DNA of 63,996 nt, the filler included, from a bacterium (GTDB lineage Bacteria > JAMOTN01): the NCBI GenBank assembly GCA_027062325.1. It is 3 parts of 3 records of this genome, joined end to end, with 100 filler letters (N's around TTAATTAATTAA, not from the genome) between each part and the next. Parts side by side here need not be neighbours in the genome. Positions count along the whole stretch, not along the records: positions 22,427 to 44,672 come from JAMOTN010000068.1; 2 more parts are not named here. One strand, given 5' to 3'. Below the pieces are notes generated by a model, which saw only the letters and a list, made by a program, of their open reading frames with translations, was not told the origin of the DNA and did no database searches. A program made the translations under genes and the position numbers. This document shows, one piece after another, positions 28,513 to 36,073 of the stretch; the first letter of the stretch is position 1; each line of letters opens with the position of its first letter.

Positions 28513-31232
28513 CTCTTTACTTGATAAAGTTTAGAGATTTGATTCCATCTTGTAGTAAAACCTTCAATGTGCTTTTCAAACTCTTCAAGTAGTTTTTTGA
28601 CCTTTTGTCTTTCTTCTACAGACAACTCCAAAGCCTTCAAAACATCCTCTATTGGTTGTCTGACACTGTTTATGAAGGATACGACATTTTGCCAAAATTC
28701 CTCTGCCTTTTGACGAGTTATCTCTTCCACTACTTCTCTTAAACTTTGCTGAATTCCCTCACTTGAGATAATCTTCTCAATTTTACTGGCAATCTCTCCT
28801 TGAGCCTCCTGAAAGTGAGAGATGACTTCTTCAAGTACTCCATCCGCACGTTCATCTATGGAAACGGGGCTTGCAAATGGAAGAATTTTTCGCAGAAAAC
28901 CAGTGTGAACATGCTTGAAAACTTCTTTAAAATCAACTTCAATGCGTAATTTTTCCAAATCCAGGATATTGTTTTCAACTTTTTTTATAATCTCTGCTAA
29001 CCAATGCTGCCATTCAAACGACGGGGAAATTGAAGGTAATTCTACTTCAAGCTTTTCTGGCAGTAATTTGTCCACTTCAATGCCTTGCAACTCATCTTTA
29101 AGTGTTTTAAGGGCACCTTCTACCTCCGATTTTAAGTTTTCCATTTCCTTTTCAAGTCTTTTTTCGTATTCTTCAATTTTCTTCTCTAAATCCTCCCTCA
29201 AAATCCCACGGAATTCTTCCCTTAATAGAGCTTCTATTCCATCTATTAGAAAATCTCCCTTGAAAATAGTTAGATGAGAAAACTGGGATTTTAGCCTTTC
29301 TAATTCATCCTCAATACTCGTGAATATTTTATCTAACCAGCCCTTCTGAGAAATTTCTGTCAGTTCGTTTATAAGTCTTTCCGTTAACTTTCTAAAGTAG
29401 TCAGAAGCAGCAATTAAATTCTCACTTGCAATTGCTTGGATACTTTTTTGGGTGGTGATTACACTTATATGCACGACTTCTTCTTTGACTTCTTCCAAGC
29501 TTTCCACAATTCTCCTAAATCGTTCTTCCGATAGAAGTGAGCTTGTGTAGTTCAAAAACTTGGTGGATGCTTGACGGATTTTTTCGGTTTCGTCGGATAT
29601 TAGAAGAAGCCCACTTTTGCAGGTGTTTTGGACCAGTTTTTGCCTGGTGTCAACTGTGGCAAAGGTTGAATATGCCTTTTCTATATAGGCTTTGTCCTGG
29701 GCAACGTAGATCAGATGATTCTTGAAGGGTTCAAAGTTGGAAAGGGCAACTATATCCTCAAATCTAATTTCATCGGGGTCAACTTCAAAAATGTATTCAA
29801 AGGTGTTAATTTGATTCTGTATAAATCTAGCAACTGCTCTATCTATCTTATCCTTATACACTTTCGGGCGTAGAAATTCTTTCCACTCCGGATTATTCAC
29901 GGCTTCTGGAAACTTTTTCTTAAATTCCACGGTATAGAAATACGTCATAGCAGAAATTGGAATTGCGACCACTCCTTCCAACCCACTTCTTTCAAGAACA
30001 TGCCTTATAAAGAGAGCAACGCGAGATATTATCTTTTCGGTTGAAGTGTCGTCAAACATTAGATCAAGTTTGTTTATCGCGCATATTAGGGAATGCATTT
30101 TTTGTTTGAAAACTTCTTTCAGCCTTTCAAGAAGTTCCACTTCACTCTCTTGGGCGTGTTTTGAGTAATCCACCACGAAAACTGCAACATCGGCTTTATT
30201 CAAATACTCTTCCGCTATCCTTTTGTGATCCTCTGCTCCTGCAAGGTCTGGCCCCGGAGTATCGTAAATTTCAAAATTAATACCGGGCTTTCGGGGATAA
30301 TAAACACGCATTGTGGGAAGTCCTTCTCCTCTATCTTTTACCCTTTCAAACTCCATATGTATGTAATCCCATAGTTCTTCTTTTGTGGAAAAGTGCAAGG
30401 TTCTACCGCCGTATTCAAGCTTTAACCCTCCATCGTGAGGAATGTATTCAATAACATTTGGGGTTGGAAGTTCAGCACTTGTCGGAGCAAACTCTTCTCC
30501 AAGCAGTGCGTTGACAACCATACTTTTGCCGGATTTCTTGGTGGCAAAGACCGCAACTTTTATATTTCTCAACTCAAGTTTTCTAAGATTTTCAATAATC
30601 GCTTTAAAATTATCACGAGTTGTTGTTACCAGTTCACCTACAATTTTTTTAAGCTGGGAACTGGCACCTATAAGTTCTGGATTCGCCTCTAGGTTAAAAT
30701 TTTGAGCATACTTAAAAGATTCTTCGGCTGCTTCTATAACCTCTTCCTTTTGGCTTTCAAAAACTTTCAATGCTTTCTTTGTAGCAACTTCAGACGGGGT
30801 GCTGACGTTCCAACGAAGTCCTAAAAGAATTAACTGTTGAATCGTGTTTGCAACTTCCTTTTCATCCGAGGATTTGACAAGAAGTGTTACACTATTGGGG
30901 GTTAATTCGTAGGGGGATATCCCCAGTTTAAACACTTTATCTAGAGCCTCAGAAAGAGAATATACATCATAGCTTTCCGAGTTTACCTCCAGAACTGCTC
31001 CTTCGGAGAACTGAACCTCTTCTGCTATCTTCCAAAAATATTTTTCTGCGGAATCAACTTTCTTAAGTCTGCGAGATAAAACTTCAAGTGAGCGGTAAAG
31101 CGGAGGGGTTTTAGAATCGTAAATTATCACGTATTTTTCTCCGGATGTGAGTAAATTTTCAAGCTCTTTTTCTGATCTGGCAACTTTTACACCTCTGTAT
31201 TGCATTGAAGGAGATTGAATTGGATTGATCAT
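28509..31232 (-). CDS. dynamin-family GTPase (Dyn1; CrfC/YjdA-like G-domain motifs)
   Basis: VAVFATKKSGKSMVVNALLG, APTSAELPTPN, YDTPGPDLAG, VVDYSKHAQ, AINKLD and IPISA; about 380-aa coiled-coil C-terminus; AAGGAGGT SD. Confidence 0.9.
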   Translation of the reverse strand: MINPIQSPSMQYRGVKVARSEKELENLLTSGEKYVIIYDSKTPPLYRSLEVLSRRLKKVDSAEKYFWKIAEEVQFSEGAVLEVNSESYDVYSLSEALDKVFKLGISPYELTPNSVTLLVKSSDEKEVANTIQQLILLGLRWNVSTPSEVATKKALKVFESQKEEVIEAAEESFKYAQNFNLEANPELIGASSQLKKIVGELVTTTRDNFKAIIENLRKLELRNIKVAVFATKKSGKSMVVNALLGEEFAPTSAELPTPNVIEYIPHDGGLKLEYGGRTLHFSTKEELWDYIHMEFERVKDRGEGLPTMRVYYPRKPGINFEIYDTPGPDLAGAEDHKRIAEEYLNKADVAVFVVDYSKHAQESEVELLERLKEVFKQKMHSLICAINKLDLMFDDTSTEKIISRVALFIRHVLERSGLEGVVAIPISAMTYFYTVEFKKKFPEAVNNPEWKEFLRPKVYKDKIDRAVARFIQNQINTFEYIFEVDPDEIRFEDIVALSNFEPFKNHLIYVAQDKAYIEKAYSTFATVDTRQKLVQNTCKSGLLLISDETEKIRQASTKFLNYTSSLLSEERFRRIVESLEEVKEEVVHISVITTQKSIQAIASENLIAASDYFRKLTERLINELTEISQKGWLDKIFTSIEDELERLKSQFSHLTIFKGDFLIDGIEALLREEFRGILREDLEKKIEEYEKRLEKEMENLKSEVEGALKTLKDELQGIEVDKLLPEKLEVELPSISPSFEWQHWLAEIIKKVENNILDLEKLRIEVDFKEVFKHVHTGFLRKILPFASPVSIDERADGVLEEVISHFQEAQGEIASKIEKIISSEGIQQSLREVVEEITRQKAEEFWQNVVSFINSVRQPIEDVLKALELSVEERQKVKKLLEEFEKHIEGFTTRWNQISKLYQVKR

Positions 31233-31314
31233 TTATACCTACCTCCTTGTCCAAAAATTCAAACATACTTTTCACGTTTTTGTCATTATTTTGTGATAAA
31301 AGCAAACCGGTAAC

Positions 31315-31323
31315 ATTATATCA
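31315..31323 (-). promoter_or_regulatory. extended -10 promoter upstream of the dynamin genes
   Basis: Minus strand TGATATAAT (TGn-TATAAT), about 83 nt upstream of the Dyn1 ATG. Confidence 0.5.
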
Positions 31324-31380
31324 AATATTCGCCTTTGCTTTTTTCTCCCCCTTCTTTTCTTCTTGGTTGGAGGTTGAAAT

Positions 31381-32670
31381 TTATAAAATATCAAGATTGT
31401 CAAACTTTTTTTCAAATTTTTCTTCAAATACTTTTTCAAATTCTTCTGTAGGATGATCTTTGCGATAGATGAGTTTTTCTTCTTTAGTTGATGCAATTTC
31501 TTCAAGCTTTAAATTAGCTTGCAGGAGGAGTTTGTAGAACGACAGTAGGATTTCATCGGCGAATTCTCCATAGGAATCCCATTTTTTCATTGTTTGCTTC
31601 ACCCTAACAATTGCTTCTGCTGCTATACGTGCTGTGATCTCAGTGCGACTGGTTGGACTATAAAGCCGTAAGGGTTTTAAAATCTTTCTCTTTAAACTGT
31701 CAACGATGTAGTCAGCAATACTTCCTCCATAGCCCCCGCGATAGAGAAATTCAAAAATTAGCTCATCCCACATTTCAATCTCGCTTTCAACGACTCTGCC
31801 GTTGGCGATCACATCTCCAAAAATCTTTGAGGTTAAATTTGCGTGAGATTTTATCACAGTGGCAATTTCCTCGTCTGAAAAGATACGCCTGATGTGGTAA
31901 GTTATATCGTGCAACAACTTTGTTTTTAAAAGATCAGCTGCTGTGAATAGGACAGAAAGATACCTTTCGAAAAGATTGTTGATTTCTTTTATATTCCAAT
32001 GTACATCTGGAGAAAAATAGTCCAAGCTATCGGCAAGTAGTTTCGTTCCATAAAAGGTACCAGTTTTCCTTCTTCTACGAAGTAAATCCAGCAAGGATTT
32101 TCTTCCGTCATTCAACTCTGAGATAAGAGATAAACCTCCTTTAAGAAGTTCTGTCACCGTGGAGATCACTTTAGCACTCTTCACTTTTTTCCTAAGTTCC
32201 TCAGCCATCCTGTAACAGATCGGTAAATCCTCCACAGGTATACCCTGAGAAATATCCAGAATGGATTCTGCAGTTTCAGCTATGAGAGTTTTATCAGCAG
32301 AAGAGATTTCCCACTTTTTCAAAACGCGCGGTGAGAACTTTTTTATCACCTTGTTATACAATTCAATTTCTATTTCAGGGATGATAAGTTGCTTTTGCTC
32401 GGCAACTATTCTGGATATTTCCTTTACCTTTTCCTTAAATTCTTCTATGGACATGGGCGTGTGATAATCCTTAATCTTTTGTTGAACGTAAAGTAACAGC
32501 TGGCCAGAAAGCTTTGAAAGTGCAGAGCTGACAAGTTTAATATAACTTGGATGTTTTTTCACAACTTTTTGTATTTCGCTTGCAATTTCAAGGATAAGCT
32601 GATTGTCAAATTTTTTCTTTTCAAATTCCCTTTTCGATTCCCTTTTCCCAAATTTACCCCTCTTTACCAT
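31381..32670 (-). CDS. hypothetical alpha-helical protein (about 430 aa), dynamin island
   Basis: Long ORF with SD; K/E/L/I-rich; no recognisable motif; alternative GTG start 32679. Confidence 0.7.
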   Translation of the reverse strand: MVKRGKFGKRESKREFEKKKFDNQLILEIASEIQKVVKKHPSYIKLVSSALSKLSGQLLLYVQQKIKDYHTPMSIEEFKEKVKEISRIVAEQKQLIIPEIEIELYNKVIKKFSPRVLKKWEISSADKTLIAETAESILDISQGIPVEDLPICYRMAEELRKKVKSAKVISTVTELLKGGLSLISELNDGRKSLLDLLRRRRKTGTFYGTKLLADSLDYFSPDVHWNIKEINNLFERYLSVLFTAADLLKTKLLHDITYHIRRIFSDEEIATVIKSHANLTSKIFGDVIANGRVVESEIEMWDELIFEFLYRGGYGGSIADYIVDSLKRKILKPLRLYSPTSRTEITARIAAEAIVRVKQTMKKWDSYGEFADEILLSFYKLLLQANLKLEEIASTKEEKLIYRKDHPTEEFEKVFEEKFEKKFDNLDIL

Positions 32671-32978
32671 CCAAACCACCCCTTTCTTTTTGGGGAAGGT
32701 CCTACGAGCAGCCTTCAGGAAATTGTTGTGGTAGAACCTACCCCTTTGCTACCCCTGCCCTGCGTATAGAAGATACAGGGCAGAAAAGCCACAGAGCAGA
32801 AAAGCTGAAGCAGAGTGTGTTAAGCTGTGGTGGCGTTACTATGGGTTGGTTTTGCAATTGTGTTCCAGCTTTATAGTTACATCTAAGCTTTGCAATTGCG
32901 CCAAAGTTTGGATTTTAAGCAGAAGTTCCAAGCCACTTTCTCTGGTTTTTGGCTGTGGCTCTCAGCATATCAAGGAAG

Positions 32979-34004
32979 CTACACCAAATCCTTCGTGATA
33001 TCCACGAATATTTGTGACGCGCTGTCAAAAAGAGATGTAATCTTCTCGGCAATTTCTCTTGCAAAGGATTCGTTCATTTTGCTACTCAATCCCCATTTAA
33101 CTGCAGTTCCTATAAGGGGGATGAAACGTGTAAGCTGTTTTGAAGTGGATCTGGCAAACAGTCTTGTTGCCATTCGTTGAAGGGTTGCTCTCAAACCCTT
33201 TCGTGTAAATAGATAGCGGACTTCTGCTATGAATGCTGAGGTAAGTTTGGTAACAACAGGACTTTTTACAAGTTTGTCTGTAAGTTGTGGGAGAAATTTT
33301 GAAATTGTGTAGTGTTTGGCAATGCCGTGTGCTAGTGCTTTTGCCACACTTTGACTCACCGTTTTTCTCGCCATTGAATTGAATTTCCTTTGCAAAGACT
33401 TTTTGACTTGCTTAGCCAGATTCTCAAAAGCAATAACGGTAAACGCGGTGGCAAGGATAGATTCTATAACTAACGTGCTGTATCTAGAGGAAAACTTGTA
33501 GGTGCTGTTTAGTGTAGCCGCTACCTCGCCCCCCATTGATGCTAATTTGATAAATCCCGAAACAGGACCCAGGGCATTTGAAGCAAGGTCTAAAAGACTT
33601 GATAGGATGTTGTGATTTTGGAGTTCGGCGTAAAGATTTTTGAAAACAAGATTAAATATCATACTTTTCACTCTGTTGATTTTTACAAAGTTTGGTCTGT
33701 TTAAAACTGCTTCAACTACGCATTCTGCAATCTTCTTTTTCAACCTTCTTTCTTCTGGAGTAAGTTTTTCAAGCTTGACAGGCTTTATTTCAAGCATTTG
33801 AAAAACTGCCTCCACAGCCGGTGCCACAACTTCAAATATTTTTTCTTTCAAATTCCGATAGTCCCCCATAAGTGTTTCTATTTCTTTCTCTATTTCTTTC
33901 TCAACTTTTCTTTTCTCAATGATGGCTTTTAGAGCTGAACCAACAGCCTCATAAATGAATTGCTCATTAGAAAGATGGGAAATTACGAAGAGATTTTTCC
34001 TCAT
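32979..34004 (-). CDS. EcsC/DUF697-like helical protein, dynamin island
   Basis: C-terminal LTRFIPLIGTAVKWGLSSKMNESFAREIAEKITSLF resembles the K.IP.IG...G...N tail of EcsC/DUF697 proteins; ATG 34004 follows GGGGGGAGG (track start 34055). Confidence 0.55.
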   Translation of the reverse strand: MRKNLFVISHLSNEQFIYEAVGSALKAIIEKRKVEKEIEKEIETLMGDYRNLKEKIFEVVAPAVEAVFQMLEIKPVKLEKLTPEERRLKKKIAECVVEAVLNRPNFVKINRVKSMIFNLVFKNLYAELQNHNILSSLLDLASNALGPVSGFIKLASMGGEVAATLNSTYKFSSRYSTLVIESILATAFTVIAFENLAKQVKKSLQRKFNSMARKTVSQSVAKALAHGIAKHYTISKFLPQLTDKLVKSPVVTKLTSAFIAEVRYLFTRKGLRATLQRMATRLFARSTSKQLTRFIPLIGTAVKWGLSSKMNESFAREIAEKITSLFDSASQIFVDITKDLV

Positions 34005-34154
34005 CTTCCTCCCCCCTTTTTTGCTTTTTTCTCCTCGCTTCTTACCTGCTTTCATTTATAAAGAGCAAGGTGGAAACAATTTTGTGACATGAAATTTTAA
34101 AATTTTGAAGGCAACCATTCTTGACAGTGCCAAACGAGGCATTGCTAATTCATG

Positions 34155-34523
34155 CTATTCTTCACTTGTTCCTTCCTGAAAATGTAGAAGGTATTTCTTG
34201 GTTTTATTGAAAAGGAGACGATATTGATTTTCGATGCGAATGCGCGGATCATCTTCTATTAGAGGATTAGAGGGAACCCCGCTTCGAAAATTATGTTTTT
34301 CGCTACTTTTTGCTTTATTAGTTCTAAAAGTTCCTCATTGTTGAGCTTTTCAATTTTTTCAATTCCTGCAACCACGCAACACATTTTCAATACGTCTTTT
34401 GAAATACTGTCAATTTTGTTAGAATGCCTTTTTAACAGTTCAGATTTTGCTTGAATGGTCCAGTTGGGATGAAATACAAGCTCTCTTGCTTTGTTAGTAA
34501 CTATGAGGTAGTTCCCGCGGTAT
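34155..34523 (-). pseudogene. 5'-truncated, frameshifted gene remnant of unknown family
   Basis: Frame A YRGNYLIVTNKARELVFHPNW...EELLELIKQKVAK, then frame B HNFRSGVPSNPLIEDDPRIRIENQYRLLFNKTKKYLLHFQEGTSEE*; no start or SD for the 5' part. Confidence 0.45.
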
Positions 34524-34689
34524 CACACCGTTATCTTGACAAGAAATGCCAGGGTAGAAAAGCTGTCAACACTCGTTCTTACAAGTAGAAAGGGGTATGC
34601 AGTAGAACTTGCAAAAAAATGACCAAACGTAAGAACTGCCTGTTTCCTTTTTCAGGGCTGTGAAACGCTACTTACAAGAGTGTTATCAG

Positions 34690-34782
34690 ATGGAGGTGTG
34701 CAGCTGTAACACTATAAAAGACATAGCAGAAAAAATTGGAACATCCCCAGCAAAACTTTGGGAAGAGATAAAAACTGGGTGA
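34690..34782 (+). pseudogene. remnant of a DUF4405-protein paralogue C-terminus
   Basis: TIKDIAEKIGTSPAKLWEEIK aligns with RLIDISEKTGASPAQIWEELV at the end of 35359..36006. Confidence 0.55.
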
Positions 34783-34833
34783 AGTTTTAGATAGTTAGTG
34801 TTGGTTTTGCAATTATCAACTAAAACACAAACA

Positions 34834-35241
34834 CTAGCCTGTTTCAACTATTATCTCCATCTCTTCAATGTTAACCATTGCATGGACTGGACAGTACTTC
34901 TTGGCACTGCTCATAAGTTTTTCAGCAGCTTCTTTTTCCATTCCCTTGAATTTAAATTTTATCGTTATTTTTTCGTAAACAACTGGTGGTTTTTCTGATT
35001 GCTGGGCTTCCACCTCTACTTCTACTTCTGGTAAAGGTAAGTGTCTCTTAGCAAGTATTAACTTTGCAGTAGCAATAAGACATGAGGGAATTGCAGCCAA
35101 AAAGTATTCCATAGGAGTTGGAGCAGCATCATCTCCCCCTGCTTCTTTTGGTTCATCCATAGATATTTCATGATGGCGCACCTTTGCTTTGAAGTTGAGT
35201 TTATTTTCTTCAGAGATTCCCTTAAAACTTTTGATTTTCAC
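34834..35241 (-). CDS. OsmC/YhfA-family protein
   Basis: MDEPKEAGGDDAAPTPMEYFLAAIPSC and KYCPVH, both conserved Cys present; GTG 35241 follows AGGAGG. Confidence 0.85.
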   Translation of the reverse strand: MKIKSFKGISEENKLNFKAKVRHHEISMDEPKEAGGDDAAPTPMEYFLAAIPSCLIATAKLILAKRHLPLPEVEVEVEAQQSEKPPVVYEKITIKFKFKGMEKEAAEKLMSSAKKYCPVHAMVNIEEMEIIVETG

Positions 35242-35358
35242 TAAAATCCCCTCCTTGACTAAAAAAAACAACTAAGAACCTTATTTTAAAATTATACCTC
35301 ATAAAAATTTAGAATTAGCTATAATAATCGATAATCTAAAAAAATAGGGGGTGGCTTT

Positions 35359-36006
35359 ATGAAGTCAGATATAAGAAAGTTTACTTCGCTTATTCTGGCT
35401 TACTCATTCTTATTTGTTGCTTTTTCTGGATTAGTGTTGCTCTTTACGCCACCAGGGCGCATAGCAAATTGGTACGGCTGGAGTTTCTTAGGTCTGAGTA
35501 AAGGACAGTGGGAAGCATTTCACGTATTTTGGGGAGTTGTCATGATTGTTTTTATTCCAATACACCTCTACTTCAACTTATCTCCTTTTAAAGCCTATGC
35601 AAAGTCTAAAACCTTCTGGGTAGCAACTGGATTGAGCTTAGTTTTGATAATACCAGCTTATCTTGATTGGCCACCTTATTCGTGGATTGATAAGGCAACA
35701 GAAAAGGTAAAAGATTGGTACGATTCACGCTATGGAACTAGTAAAGGTGGTTACAAAGGTGGCAGGAGTTTTTTTCAGCAAAAGTCCGGAGTTATTCAAC
35801 CACGTGTACACATGGAGTTGGAAAAATTGCGTGATTTGGCAGAACGTGATCTTAAGGCTGAATTTTACGAAGTGAAACGATATCTTGAGGATAAATATGG
35901 AATACAAGTCAGGGGGAGAGACAGGTTAATAGATATCTCAGAAAAGACAGGAGCATCACCTGCTCAAATTTGGGAGGAACTTGTGAAGAAATTTCTGAAA
36001 AAGTAA
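35359..36006 (+). CDS. DUF4405-like membrane protein (putative cytochrome b-like)
   Basis: SGLVLLFTPPGRIA.W.GWSFLGLSKGQWEAFH...IHLYFN; 3 TM segments plus a soluble C-terminal domain. Confidence 0.75.
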   Translation: MKSDIRKFTSLILAYSFLFVAFSGLVLLFTPPGRIANWYGWSFLGLSKGQWEAFHVFWGVVMIVFIPIHLYFNLSPFKAYAKSKTFWVATGLSLVLIIPAYLDWPPYSWIDKATEKVKDWYDSRYGTSKGGYKGGRSFFQQKSGVIQPRVHMELEKLRDLAERDLKAEFYEVKRYLEDKYGIQVRGRDRLIDISEKTGASPAQIWEELVKKFLKK

Positions 36007-36022
36007 GTAAAAGGATGGCAAA

Positions 36023-36056
36023 GTAAAGGGACCGCCAACAAGCTGAAAGCGGCCCC
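36023..36056 (-). terminator. Rho-independent terminator of the TonB receptor gene (possibly bidirectional)
   Basis: Minus strand GGGGCCGC-N13-GCGGTCCC-TTTAC between convergent genes. Confidence 0.6.
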
Positions 36057-36073
36057 GAATTTTTAGCTATTTT

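Noticed and set aside
31272-31505. 77-aa Lys-rich minus-strand ORF
   Set aside because: Alternative frame overlapping the end of the 430-aa gene and the predicted promoter; no SD; the composition reflects A-rich DNA.
32755-32783. Terminator in the island spacer
   Set aside because: The stem is present but no U-tract follows on either strand; kept only as unexplained structure.
34524-34689. att site, tRNA remnant or IS end at the island boundary
   Set aside because: Only an imperfect inverted repeat (AACACTC...AAGTAG / CTACTT...GAGTGTT); no cloverleaf, transposase or integrase to support it.
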